A DNA stretch of 64,000 nt, from NCBI RefSeq assembly GCF_003611605.1, contig NZ_RAVX01000011.1, positions 68,811 through 132,810 on the forward strand, in the 5' to 3' direction. Positions within the stretch are counted from its first letter, which is position 1, and each line of letters begins with the position of its first letter. This stretch comes from Corallococcus sp. AB011P. GTDB taxonomy: Bacteria; Myxococcota; Myxococcia; Myxococcales; Myxococcaceae. The translations under genes were made by a program, and so were the position numbers. This document shows positions 27,522 to 37,058 of the stretch, one piece after another. Under the pieces are notes generated by a model. The model had not been told where the DNA came from, searched no databases, and was given only the letters and a program-made list of their open reading frames with translations.

Positions 27522-29234
27522 CTAGCAGTCCACCGGGCCTTTCAGGCTGGTAACGGTCGCTTCGATTTCTTCACACCCTCCCAGGGTTTTCGCCCCGTGG
27601 GCCGCCAGCTTGATGCCCAGCACGTCCCCCACCACCACGTCCGCCATGGAGCGCACCACGACGCCGTCCCGCTGGCGGAACGTCACCGCGTAGCCGCGAG
27701 ACATCACCTTCAGGGGGCTCAGGGCGTCCAGGCGGCCCCCCAACCGTCCGAAGTGCGTCTGCGCGGAGGCCAACATGCCCCGCTGCAGCTCCAGGAGCCG
27801 CGAGCGCGCCTGGGCCACCTTCGCCCGCTCGGCCGCCACCCGCGCCGTGGGGGATTGCCGCTCCAGCCCCAGCCGCGCGTCCGCCAGCGCGCCCCGCCGC
27901 CGGGTGACTCCCGCGCGCGCCGCCTCCGACAGGCGCATGGCCAGCTTGAGCAGGTGCGCCCGCTGCTCCGACAACCGCGTCTGGGGCCGCGCCCGCTGCA
28001 GCCGCTCCTGAAGGGCGCGCAGCGTCTCCCGGTGCTCGCGCGTGCGGGGGCGCAGCACGCGCATCATCGCCTCCACCTGTTCGGACAGGTGCAGGCGCTG
28101 GTGGTTCACCTCGCGGCGAGGGTCCGGCAGCCGCGCGCGAAGCTGGCCCTGGCGCCCGCGCAGCTCCAGCACCCGCCGCTCCATGGCCCGGCGCAGCCGG
28201 CCAGACTGCGTGGCCAGCGTCAGCTCCAGGTCGGCGAGAACCGGGGCCAGCCGCTCCGCCGCCGCGCTGGGCGTGGGCGCGCGCAGGTCCGCGACGAAGT
28301 CCGAGATGGTGAAGTCGATTTCGTGGCCGATGGCGGACACCACCGGCACCGGCGAGGCGAAGATGGCGCGCGCCACCCGCTCCTCGTTGAACGTCCAGAG
28401 GTCCTCCACGGAGCCTCCGCCGCGCGTCACGACGATGACGTCCACGTCGGTGCGCGAAAGCCGCTCGATGGCCCGCGCCACGTCCTCCGCGGCGCCCTCG
28501 CCCTGCACGCGCGCGTCCGCCAGCAGCACGCCCAGCCGGGGGTTGCGCGAGTGCAGCACGCGCAGGAAGTCCTGGAGCGCCGCGCCGGTGCGGCTGGTGA
28601 CGACGCCGATGCGCCGGGGCAGGAACGGCACGGGCCGGGGCGGCCGCACGCGCCGGTCGCCAATGAGCCCCTCCGCCGCCAGCCGCTGCTTGAGCTGCTC
28701 GAACGCGAGCGCCAGCGCACCCTCGCCCACCGGCTCCAGCCGGGACACGATGAGGCTGTAGCGGCCCTGCGGCTCGTACAGGTCCACGCTGCCCTCGGCC
28801 ACCACCTCCATGCCGTCGCGCAGCGCGAAGCGGATCCGCCCCGCCATGGACGCCCACACCTTCGCGTCGATGGAGGCGTCCGCGTCCTTGAGCGTGAAGT
28901 ACCAGTGGCCGCGCGCGTTGGCGCCGCGGAAGCTGGACACCTCGCCGCGCACCAGCACGCGCGGGAAGCGCGACTCCACCGTCTGCTTGATCTGCCGGGT
29001 GAGCTCGCCCACCGACAACACCGTGCGCTCCGGGCGCGGCGGCGGGGTGACGGCGGCCGGGGGCGGCGGAGCGACTTCGGCCGCCGGCGCGGTGGGCGGG
29101 GCCGCGGGCGGCTTGCCTCCACTGGCGGCCTTCGCCGGCGCGGGACGCAAGGGGGGGAGCAGCGACGTGCCGAACAGGTCGCCCTGCCCCGGCGTCTCGG
29201 CCGGGGGCGGCTCCAGCCCCTTGCGCTTCTTCAT
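27522..29234 (-). CDS. xseA: Exodeoxyribonuclease VII large subunit with Pro-rich N-terminal extension
   Basis: It has an OB-fold plus the XseA catalytic domain. The start is the ATG at 29232-29234 (MKKRKG), which overlaps the upstream stop as ATGA. The 725-aa track ORF over-extends. Confidence 0.85.
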   Translation of the reverse strand: MKKRKGLEPPPAETPGQGDLFGTSLLPPLRPAPAKAASGGKPPAAPPTAPAAEVAPPPPAAVTPPPRPERTVLSVGELTRQIKQTVESRFPRVLVRGEVSSFRGANARGHWYFTLKDADASIDAKVWASMAGRIRFALRDGMEVVAEGSVDLYEPQGRYSLIVSRLEPVGEGALALAFEQLKQRLAAEGLIGDRRVRPPRPVPFLPRRIGVVTSRTGAALQDFLRVLHSRNPRLGVLLADARVQGEGAAEDVARAIERLSRTDVDVIVVTRGGGSVEDLWTFNEERVARAIFASPVPVVSAIGHEIDFTISDFVADLRAPTPSAAAERLAPVLADLELTLATQSGRLRRAMERRVLELRGRQGQLRARLPDPRREVNHQRLHLSEQVEAMMRVLRPRTREHRETLRALQERLQRARPQTRLSEQRAHLLKLAMRLSEAARAGVTRRRGALADARLGLERQSPTARVAAERAKVAQARSRLLELQRGMLASAQTHFGRLGGRLDALSPLKVMSRGYAVTFRQRDGVVVRSMADVVVGDVLGIKLAAHGAKTLGGCEEIEATVTSLKGPVDC

Positions 29235-30979
29235 CGCGACAGCTTCTCGACCCAGCCCTGGGCCTTGCCGTGCAGCTCGTCGTCGGGCGGCGTCATCGCG
29301 ACGACGTCGCGGAACTTGGGCAGCGCGTCCTCCGGGCTGGAGTCCTTGATGGAGTAGGCCTGCATGTACAGGTCCTTCGCCTTGGCCTTGAGGTCGTTGA
29401 CGATGTTGGCGGCGCCCGTGTGGCTGGGGTCCGCCTGGAGCGCGCGGCGGGCGAACTCCATGGCGCGCGACCACTGGCCGGCGGCCTTCGCGCCCGCGGC
29501 GCTCTTGTAATAGATGTTCCCCGCGCGGGTGCCCGCGTTGCGCGCCATCTTGCTCGTGCGCCCGTCGGTGATGTCCTTGTCCAGCGCGAGCAGGCGGGTG
29601 AGGCCCTTGGCGTCCAGGTCCTCCAGCTTCTTGTAGAGGTTGCCGAACTCCGTCATCTGCCCCATCAGCTGCTTGCACTGGGGCGTCTTGGCCGAGCACG
29701 CGTTGAGGATGGCCACCGCGCCGGTGATGTCAGCGTCGCGGAAGCGGTCCACCGCGGGCTCCCACGGCTTGGGCACCGCGGCCACACGCACGGGGTCCGG
29801 ACGCGTCAGGTCCGCGATGACGCGCACGGCGTCGTCGTTGACGAGCTTGCCGTCGCGGTGCTCGGGGAAGGTCGCGAGCACGTCGTCGGTGATGGCCTTG
29901 GCCTTCTGCACGTTCTCCAGCTGGCGGGAGTCCAGCAGCCCCTTGGCCTCCTTCGTGCGCTTGTCGGCGGCGTCCGTCAGGTTCCTGCGCGCCGTCTTCA
30001 GCTGCTCGTAGAGCTGGGTGTCGCTGGTCACCTTCTCGATGGACGCCTTCGCGCTGGCCAGCTCGCCCTTGTCCAGCGCCGCCTGGGCCGTGCCCAGGTG
30101 GTTCTGGTTGGGGATCTCCCGCTCCGCGGCCTTCAGGTAGTCCGCCACGCCGGGGTAGTCCGGCGCCTGGGCGTGGAGCTCCTCCAGCTTCGCCTTGGCC
30201 TGCTGCCACTGGCCCTCGCGCACCAGGTTCTTGGCATCCTGGAAGAGGCCGCCCAGCTGCTCGCGGTAGTTGCGCTGCTCCGCCTCGATGCGGCCCTGCT
30301 CCTCCGCCTGTTGCCGCATGCGCGAGCGCACGACGCCCAGGCCCGCGAAGAGCACCACCAGCACGGCGACGCCCGCGAGCTTCATCCGCATGCGCTTGCG
30401 CTGCGCCTCCGGAGTGAGCTCCGCGGCGGCAGCGGCGCGCGACGTCTGCGGGCGCGCGCGGCCCTCCCGGGCGGGACGCGGGGGCACGGCCGTGGGACCG
30501 CGGCCCGCCGCCGTGGACGGACGGGGCCGGGGGCCGGTGGGGGCCTGCACCTTCGCGGTGCTGTTGGCGGTGTCCTCGTAGCGCAGCTCCGAGTCACCCA
30601 GCGTGATGACGTCGCCGTTGGCGAGGAGCGTCTCCTCGGAGATGGGCTCGCCGTTGACGATGGTTCCGTTGCCGGAGCCCATGTCACTGACCATCCAGCC
30701 GGCGGACTCCTTGCGCAGCGTCACGTGCTTGCGCGAGACGGACGTGTCCTGGATGCAGATGGGGTTGTCGGTGGCGCGGCCGACCGTGTACTCGAGCTCG
30801 GAGAGCGCGAACTCCTCGCCCTCCATGGGGCCGGCGACGACGACGAGCTTCGCGGGGCGGGCCGCGGCGGCACCGGCGGTCGACCGGCGGACCGGCGCGC
30901 GCGAACCAGTCCCCGAGGAGGGCGTACCGGATGTAGGCCGTCGGCGGGCGGGGGGAGGTGCGTTCGACATGGAGGTCAC
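29231..30979 (-). CDS. FHA-domain protein with one TM segment and C-terminal TPR-like helical domain
   Basis: The N-terminus has FHA motifs (GRATDNPICIQDTSVSRKHV...GSGNGTIVNG). A TM segment KLAGVAVLVVLFAGLGVV is followed by a roughly 350-aa helical domain. Confidence 0.7.
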   Translation of the reverse strand: MTSMSNAPPPARRRPTSGTPSSGTGSRAPVRRSTAGAAAARPAKLVVVAGPMEGEEFALSELEYTVGRATDNPICIQDTSVSRKHVTLRKESAGWMVSDMGSGNGTIVNGEPISEETLLANGDVITLGDSELRYEDTANSTAKVQAPTGPRPRPSTAAGRGPTAVPPRPAREGRARPQTSRAAAAAELTPEAQRKRMRMKLAGVAVLVVLFAGLGVVRSRMRQQAEEQGRIEAEQRNYREQLGGLFQDAKNLVREGQWQQAKAKLEELHAQAPDYPGVADYLKAAEREIPNQNHLGTAQAALDKGELASAKASIEKVTSDTQLYEQLKTARRNLTDAADKRTKEAKGLLDSRQLENVQKAKAITDDVLATFPEHRDGKLVNDDAVRVIADLTRPDPVRVAAVPKPWEPAVDRFRDADITGAVAILNACSAKTPQCKQLMGQMTEFGNLYKKLEDLDAKGLTRLLALDKDITDGRTSKMARNAGTRAGNIYYKSAAGAKAAGQWSRAMEFARRALQADPSHTGAANIVNDLKAKAKDLYMQAYSIKDSSPEDALPKFRDVVAMTPPDDELHGKAQGWVEKLSR

Positions 30980-31006
30980 CGCGTCCTGCTGAGGGGGGCA
31001 CGGGCC

Positions 31007-34000
31007 CTAAAGCTCGTGCTCATAGGCTTTTTCCTGCGCGAGATTGTGGCAGCGATGCTCGGCCGTAGGGAAGCGTCTCCGTACGTCTTCCAGGGTCGCG
31101 ACCGCATCCCGTCGGCTGCGGAACTGAACCGCCCGCTGGAACTGCATCATCAGCTGGCTGCAGCGGTGGTCCAGCTCCGTTGAAATCTGGGCGATCCGCT
31201 CCCGGACGTCCTCGTAAAGCTCCGGCTTTTCGTCCAGCGCTTCCAGGGTGATCCACGCGGCGCGGTACTCCCGCCACGCCTTGAACAGGTTCTCCGCGCC
31301 CACGTCCTTGAGCTCGTAGAAGCGGGCCCCCGCCTTCGCGGCCTCCCGGGCGGAGGAGACCAGCTGATCCGGCGGCAGCTCCGGCACCGGGATGACCTCC
31401 AGCCGCAGGTTCCAGATGCGCCACGGGTCGCGGCCGGGCGGGTTGAGGGCGTTGTCGAAGAGGAGCTGGTTGTTGGCGTTGCGCCGCAGGAGGCTGGGCG
31501 GGAGGACCTGCTCCAGCTCGCGCTCGGCCGTCTGCGCAGTGTCCGGGGGCACCCAGCCCAGGGATACGCCGTTGAGGGACAGGTTGACCTCGTCCCGGGC
31601 GATGCCGCTGGCCTGGTAGTGCAGCACCGCCACCGCGCGCGTGGGGGACACGAAGCGGAAGTCGAAGAGCTTGTCGTCGGCGTGGACCCAGCGCACACCG
31701 TCGCCCAGGCCGAAGGAGTCCGTCACCGGCTCCATGCCCAGCTTGAAGGGTTCGCGGCCCGGGAGCCGGATGGCCGTGGGGGCCGCGAGCGCTACGAGCA
31801 GCGTCACCACGCCCAGCATGGCCACGACCGCCAGCGACGCGAAGCCGATGCGCTTGGGCAGCGACTGGCGCTGCCAGAAGAGGAGGAACCGGCCCTGGAG
31901 CGACTTGCCCAGCTGACGCCGCTTGCGGGCCTTGTCGGCGGCGGACGAGGGCTCGACCTTCGCGACGACCGTCACCGGGCCGTTGGGCACGGGCTGGGCG
32001 ACGGAGTCCTCCAGGTCGGCGGGCACGGGCAGGGTGGCGTCACCCTCCACGTCCGGAGCGGGTACGCGGGCCAGTGGGGATTCGCCCGGCGGCGGGCCGG
32101 GGGGGATCCAGGCCGGAGGAGGCGCCACGGCCGGTGCGGCGGGCCCGGGCGCGACCTGGCCCGTGAAGGTCCCCGAGGCCCGAGTCTCCTCGGGGGCCGC
32201 GGAGAAATCATCGTCCTGGCCGACGAAGGTCGAGGGCTCGCTGGAGTCGATCGCGGCGGCGGGCGCGCTCACGACGCGGACCGGCGGGGCCACGAGCGGA
32301 CTGACCGGGGTGATGGGCCGGAGTTCGAGGAGCGTCCGCTCCTCGGGCTCCTCCATCGCCGGCGGAGGCAGCGCGGGCGAGGCCTCCTGCTGCGGCGGCG
32401 CCACTTCCAGGGGCGGCGCTTCCGGGGCCGCCGGAATCGCCATCAGCGTGCGCTCCTCGGGCTCGTCCAGCTCCGGGAAGGGCAGCACGGGAGGCGGCAC
32501 GGCGGCGGGATTGGGCGAGCCCACCGTGGAGATCGCCATCAGCGTGCGCTCCTCGGGCTCGTCCAGCTCCGGGAAGGGCAGCACGGGAGGCGGCGCGGCG
32601 GCGGGATTGGGCGAGCCCACCGTGGAGATCGCCATCAGCGTGCGCTCCTCGGGCTCGTCCAGCTCCGGGAAGGGCAGCACGGGAGGCGGCGCGGCGGCGG
32701 GCTCGGGTGCGGCCGCCGTGGGAATCGCCATCAGCGTGCGCTCCTCGGGTTCGTCCGGCACCATGGGGGCCAAGCCCACGGGAGGCGGTGCGACGGAAGG
32801 CCGTGCTGGAGGCGGCGGAGCCATCAGCCCCGGCGGCGACATCAACGGCAGGCCGGGCGCGGAAGCCGCGGCCCCCCGGGCCGCCGGAGCAGTGGACGCG
32901 CGCGCGGCGCCAAGCCCCAGCGAGGGACGGTTCAGCGCGGGCGCACCGACACCGGGCAGGTTCGCGACGGCGTGCCGCTTCGCGGGAGCCGCTGGTTCAA
33001 CGGGAACTGCCGCGACCTTCTCCGGAGCGGAGGCCGCCGTCGGGGCAGGAGTTCCGGCCGCGGGAAGCTCGATCGCCGTGGGGTGCGAGGGCGCCGGGGC
33101 AGCCTCCGGCGCGGACGACCGGCCCGGTCCCGAGGCACCGACCGCTGACAGTCCCGGCCCGGAGGCCCGGACGGAGGCGGAAGCGCCCGAAGCCTTGTTC
33201 GCCGCCGAGGCGCTCAGCACCGGGGGGCCAGCAGGAGCCTTGGCCGGAGCACCCGGCGCCGAAGGCCCCGACACGGGAGGTGCGGCGGGAACCTTGCCCG
33301 AAGCAGCGGACGCGGAGGCTCCCAGCACAGGAGGCCCGGCGGGAACCTTGCCCGAAGCAGCGGACGCGGAGGCCCCCAGCACAGGAGGCCCGGCGGGAAC
33401 CTTGCCCGAAGCAGCGGACGCGGAGGCCCCCAGCACTGGAGGTCCGGCGGGAACCTTGCCCGAAGCAGCGGACGCGGAGGCACCCAGCACTGGAGGCCCG
33501 GCGGGAGGCTTGAGCGAAGTCGCCGCACCCGGCGCGGAGGCCCCCAGCACAGGAGGCCCCGGAGGAGTCCGGACCGGTGCAGCCGCGCCTGGCACCGAGG
33601 CACTGACCGCAGGAAGATCCGGAGCGGAGGGCCGCTTCGGTGTAGCGGCCGCGGGCAGCGGCATCGCCGGGGTCGCCCCACCCTTCGCGGCGGGCACGGC
33701 CATTCCCGGGCGCGGTAGGGATGCAGGCCGGGCCATGGCCGGCATCGACTGCTGGTAGCTCGTGGGCGCCGCTTCGATCTCCGCGAGCGAGGCCTGCTCC
33801 ACGCCCTGCGGCGACACCCTCGCGTGGGGCGGCGCGAGCACCCGCCGGATGGGCCGGGTGACGTCGTTGTCATCCTCCGGCGGCACCCACACGAAGGTGA
33901 ACTCCACCGGCCCCACGGTGATGCGGTCGCCGTCGCGCAGCTGCTTCTCGCCGCCCAGCGGCTGGCCGTTCAGCTGCGTGCCGTTCGCGCTGCCAACGTC

Positions 34001-34105
34001 CTCCGCGAAGTAGCGCCCATCCCTGGCCGTGATGCGGGCATGACGCCGGGAGACACCGTGGTCATGCAGCACCAGGTCGTTCTCCGAGGTCCGGCCGATC
34101 TTCAC
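31007..34105 (-). CDS. Giant FHA-domain protein (1032 aa): FHA, long Pro/Ala-rich repeat linker, TM, C-terminal globular domain
   Basis: The N-terminus is an FHA domain (GRTSENDLVLHDHGVSRRHARI...GSANGTQLNG). It is followed by 18-aa repeats (x4) and 32-aa repeats (about x4), then a TM segment FASLAVVAMLGVVTLLVALAA and a roughly 270-aa C-terminal domain. Confidence 0.7.
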   Translation of the reverse strand: MKIGRTSENDLVLHDHGVSRRHARITARDGRYFAEDVGSANGTQLNGQPLGGEKQLRDGDRITVGPVEFTFVWVPPEDDNDVTRPIRRVLAPPHARVSPQGVEQASLAEIEAAPTSYQQSMPAMARPASLPRPGMAVPAAKGGATPAMPLPAAATPKRPSAPDLPAVSASVPGAAAPVRTPPGPPVLGASAPGAATSLKPPAGPPVLGASASAASGKVPAGPPVLGASASAASGKVPAGPPVLGASASAASGKVPAGPPVLGASASAASGKVPAAPPVSGPSAPGAPAKAPAGPPVLSASAANKASGASASVRASGPGLSAVGASGPGRSSAPEAAPAPSHPTAIELPAAGTPAPTAASAPEKVAAVPVEPAAPAKRHAVANLPGVGAPALNRPSLGLGAARASTAPAARGAAASAPGLPLMSPPGLMAPPPPARPSVAPPPVGLAPMVPDEPEERTLMAIPTAAAPEPAAAPPPVLPFPELDEPEERTLMAISTVGSPNPAAAPPPVLPFPELDEPEERTLMAISTVGSPNPAAVPPPVLPFPELDEPEERTLMAIPAAPEAPPLEVAPPQQEASPALPPPAMEEPEERTLLELRPITPVSPLVAPPVRVVSAPAAAIDSSEPSTFVGQDDDFSAAPEETRASGTFTGQVAPGPAAPAVAPPPAWIPPGPPPGESPLARVPAPDVEGDATLPVPADLEDSVAQPVPNGPVTVVAKVEPSSAADKARKRRQLGKSLQGRFLLFWQRQSLPKRIGFASLAVVAMLGVVTLLVALAAPTAIRLPGREPFKLGMEPVTDSFGLGDGVRWVHADDKLFDFRFVSPTRAVAVLHYQASGIARDEVNLSLNGVSLGWVPPDTAQTAERELEQVLPPSLLRRNANNQLLFDNALNPPGRDPWRIWNLRLEVIPVPELPPDQLVSSAREAAKAGARFYELKDVGAENLFKAWREYRAAWITLEALDEKPELYEDVRERIAQISTELDHRCSQLMMQFQRAVQFRSRRDAVATLEDVRRRFPTAEHRCHNLAQEKAYEHEL
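32330..32790. repeat. 96-bp tandem repeats (three near-perfect copies plus degenerate flanking copies) encoding PVLPFPELDEPEERTLMAI... units
   Basis: The unit atcgccatcagcgtgcgctcctcgggctcgtccagctccgggaagggcagcacgggaggcggc... starts at 32436, 32532, 32628 and 32724. Confidence 0.8.
33291..33510. repeat. Four tandem 54-bp repeats encoding (GKVPAGPPVLGASASAAS)x4
   Basis: The unit accttgcccgaagcagcggacgcggaggcccccagcacaggaggcccggcggga recurs at 33291, 33345, 33399 and 33453. Confidence 0.8.
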
Positions 34106-34178
34106 TTCGGCCTGCTCGAAGGCGAGCTCCCGTCCAACCTGGAGCCCCTGGGTGATGGTGAGCAGGATGGGCAGAGGA

Positions 34179-35069
34179 CTAGCCCCCGACGTTGCCGAAC
34201 ATGAACTGGAACACGATGGGCCCGAAGAGCACCATGAACACCGTCGGGAAGATGCAGGCGATGAGCGGGAAGAGCATCTTCACCGGTGCCTCGCCCGCCA
34301 GCTTCTCCGCGCGCTGCGTGCGGTCGATGCGCATCTGCGTGGACTGGATGCGCAGCACCTTGCCCAGGCTCGTGCCCATCTTGTCCGCCTGGATCAGCGC
34401 CGTGACGAACGTCGTCAGGGACGGCAGGTCCACACGCACGATCATGCTCTTGAGCCCCTCTTCACGCGTCTTGCCCATCTTGAGCTGCTTGAGCACCAGC
34501 TGCAGCTCTTCACGCAGCGGACCCTGGCGGCCCTTCTCCACCACCTTCGCCAGAGCACCCGTGAAGTCCATGCCCGCTTCCACCGACAGCGTCAGCAGGT
34601 CCAGGTTGTACGGAAGCGCGCGGCTGATGGCCAGGTGCCGGCGCTTCACCTGATCGTTCAACCAGATGAGCGGATAGAACAGGCCCAGCAGCATCACCAG
34701 CAGCGACCAGGCCAGGTTCGACCCGAGGCCGTTGACGACGAACAGGCCGACCAGCAGGCCGAAGAAGGCGCTGATCTCCTGCAGCGCCATGATGTCCTCG
34801 GGCTTGTACTGGGACGGCTCGCCCGCCTTGATCAGCTTGCGGCGCGTCTTGGACTCGTAGCCCGGCCACATGAAGCGCCGGTTCATCGCGCCCAGCTTGC
34901 GGATGGCGACGGAGCCCGCGCCCTTCATGCCGCCCGCGGACTCGTCGCGGACTTCCGTGAGGAAGCGCTCCAGGAGGTTGGAGTACAGGCCGATGCCCAG
35001 GAACGCCACCGCGCCCGCGGTCAGCAGTGCCGAGCCGCCCATCAGCAGAAATGTCAGGACTTCCTGCAC
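34179..35069 (-). CDS. tadC: Type II secretion system F family protein (TadC-like inner membrane platform)
   Basis: It has the GspF/T2SSF domain with three TM segments. Confidence 0.8.
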   Translation of the reverse strand: MQEVLTFLLMGGSALLTAGAVAFLGIGLYSNLLERFLTEVRDESAGGMKGAGSVAIRKLGAMNRRFMWPGYESKTRRKLIKAGEPSQYKPEDIMALQEISAFFGLLVGLFVVNGLGSNLAWSLLVMLLGLFYPLIWLNDQVKRRHLAISRALPYNLDLLTLSVEAGMDFTGALAKVVEKGRQGPLREELQLVLKQLKMGKTREEGLKSMIVRVDLPSLTTFVTALIQADKMGTSLGKVLRIQSTQMRIDRTQRAEKLAGEAPVKMLFPLIACIFPTVFMVLFGPIVFQFMFGNVGG

Positions 35070-35082
35070 GGTGCGCCTCGTT

Positions 35083-35928
35083 TCAGATGTCGATGTTGAC
35101 GATGCGCCGGATGATGAGGATGCCCATGATCTCCATGATGGCGATGATGGTCACCAGGATGTAGCCGAAGATGTGGTTCATCATCGGCTCCATCAGGTCC
35201 GGACGCATGTAGTTGAGCACCAGGCCGAGCACCGCCGGCATGGCCGCGACGATCCACCCTTGAAGCTTGCCCTGGGACGTCAGCGCGTCGATCTTGCCTT
35301 CCAGACGGAAGCGCTCGCGGATCACCGTGGAGATGGTCTCGAACATCTCCGCCATGTTGCCGCCCAGCTGGCGCGCGATGTTGGTGGACACCACCACCAG
35401 CTCCAGGTCGTCGCTGCCCACGCGGCGGCCCATGTTGATGAGCGCCTCCTCCAGCGGCACGCCCAGCTTCACTTCCTTCACGAAGAGGCCGAACTCCTGG
35501 GACAGGGGCGGCATCGCTTCGCGCGCCACGTGCTCGATGGCCTGGGGGAACGTGAGGCCCGCCTTGAACGCGTTGGCCATGGCCTGCAGCGCGTCCACCA
35601 ACTGCACGTTGAACTTCTTGATGCGGCGCTTGCGGTAGTGCTTCACGAGCAGCATCGGCAGGAAGAAGCCGAAGATGGTCGCGAGCACCGCCAGGATGGG
35701 GTTGAAGATGATGTAGCTGAGGATGCCCAGGAGGCACATGCAGGCGATGTTGAGGATCAACATCTGCCGCGGGTCGATGAAGAGGAACATGTCGCTCAAG
35801 TCGTTCATCGACTTGGCGACGTACCGCTCCTGGTACTGCTCATACGCCTTCGACAGGACGCTGAAGATCACCAGGCTGAAGAAGAACACCGAGCCGGTGA
35901 CGAGAAGGAGGACGATACCTGCGAGCAT
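35083..35928 (-). CDS. tadB: Type II secretion system F family protein (TadB-like inner membrane platform)
   Basis: It has a T2SSF domain and is the paralogous partner of the adjacent gene. Confidence 0.8.
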   Translation of the reverse strand: MLAGIVLLLVTGSVFFFSLVIFSVLSKAYEQYQERYVAKSMNDLSDMFLFIDPRQMLILNIACMCLLGILSYIIFNPILAVLATIFGFFLPMLLVKHYRKRRIKKFNVQLVDALQAMANAFKAGLTFPQAIEHVAREAMPPLSQEFGLFVKEVKLGVPLEEALINMGRRVGSDDLELVVVSTNIARQLGGNMAEMFETISTVIRERFRLEGKIDALTSQGKLQGWIVAAMPAVLGLVLNYMRPDLMEPMMNHIFGYILVTIIAIMEIMGILIIRRIVNIDI

Positions 35929-36006
35929 GGGCGCGAATCCCCGGGGGATGAGGGAGGGGTCGGCAGGGCCGCTTCAGCCTTGAACGAAGCGGCCCCGCGC
36001 GCGGAA

Positions 36007-36825
36007 CTACGGAGAGCCGGCCGAGGCCTTCTCGCCGCCGCCGCTGCCCTTGATGATCTGGATGATCTCCCGGCGCTTCTGCTCCAGCACGCGGGTGCGC
36101 TCACCGGAGAGCAGCGTGCTGATGGTGGCGCGGCCGCGTTCCTCGATGAGGTCCACGTCGTCCTCGTTGCGCAGGGACAGGGTCAGCTGCCCCAGCTCCG
36201 CCGCCAGCACCAGGATCTCCGCCTCTTCCGGCAGCACCATCAGCGAGACGTTGGAGTACTCGCGCTGGTTCTCCGGGATGAGGTTGATGTTCGTGGTGCC
36301 GGTGATCTTGCCCGTGGCGACCACGATGATGTTCTGCAGCAGCGTCACCGCGACGCTCTCGTCCGTCTGCGGATCGCGGAACGTGCCGATGATGTCCACG
36401 TGGTCGTTCGGGCGGATCCACCCGCCCACGGACGTGGTCTGCTTCGCCTCGATGGTGATGGCGCGCGCCTTCTTCTGCACCTTCGTGGACAGGCGCTCGG
36501 CGGCCTTCGTCGTCTCGAACTGGCTCCAGAGGATGGGGTCGCCGGCCTGCAGCGCCACCAGCACCTTCTGGTTCACGATGTAGTTGGCGGAGTCCGGCTT
36601 CACCACCGACGAGGTGACGAACTGCTCCGGCACGGAGCGCTGGGAGATCATCTCGTACGTGATGACCGAACCCTCGGGCATGTCCTGGCCCGCCACCACC
36701 ACGGGCACCAGGTTCCACCCGCGGCGCACATCCGATTCCTTCTTCTTGATGGCCGAGTAGGCCACGATGCCCGCGAGCAAACCGAGCACCAGTGCGACGA
36801 CGAGTGGGGTCTTACCCTTCAACAT
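36007..36825 (-). CDS. cpaB: Flp pilus assembly protein CpaB/RcpC
   Basis: It has an N-terminal TM segment followed by SAF/RcpC-like domains. Confidence 0.8.
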   Translation of the reverse strand: MLKGKTPLVVALVLGLLAGIVAYSAIKKKESDVRRGWNLVPVVVAGQDMPEGSVITYEMISQRSVPEQFVTSSVVKPDSANYIVNQKVLVALQAGDPILWSQFETTKAAERLSTKVQKKARAITIEAKQTTSVGGWIRPNDHVDIIGTFRDPQTDESVAVTLLQNIIVVATGKITGTTNINLIPENQREYSNVSLMVLPEEAEILVLAAELGQLTLSLRNEDDVDLIEERGRATISTLLSGERTRVLEQKRREIIQIIKGSGGGEKASAGSP

Positions 36826-37058
36826 GGTTCAAAGTCCTCCAGAACGGTGGGGCGCCGTCGTGGCGGCAGGACTGCTTTGGACGAGGGGGCAATGCCAGGG
36901 CGCGAACGAGGCAAGATGTTAGCCATGCCCCAGAGCAGGTGTCAAAACCACCTCTCGCGACAAAGCGGAATCCCGGGACCTCCGGAGCTCACGGAGCCTG
37001 CCCGCCCAAGGGGGAGGACGGCTCGACGCAGCGAGTTGATCCGCGGCCTTTGCGTCCC

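Noticed and set aside
27294-29357. 687-aa plus-strand ORF and 27571..28857 minus alternate frame
   Set aside because: They are antisense or alternate-frame to xseA and xseB.
27522-29699. 725-aa ORF-track version of xseA
   Set aside because: The upstream part overlaps the FHA gene's 3' end in another frame. The ATGA-coupled start at 29234 (MKKRKG) is preferred.
29270-33758. Plus-strand ORFs 29270..31183, 31619..33148, 31923..33758 and 32707..33513
   Set aside because: They are antisense to the two FHA genes. The repeat region generates long open antisense frames with Gly/Ser/Ala/Arg-rich translations.
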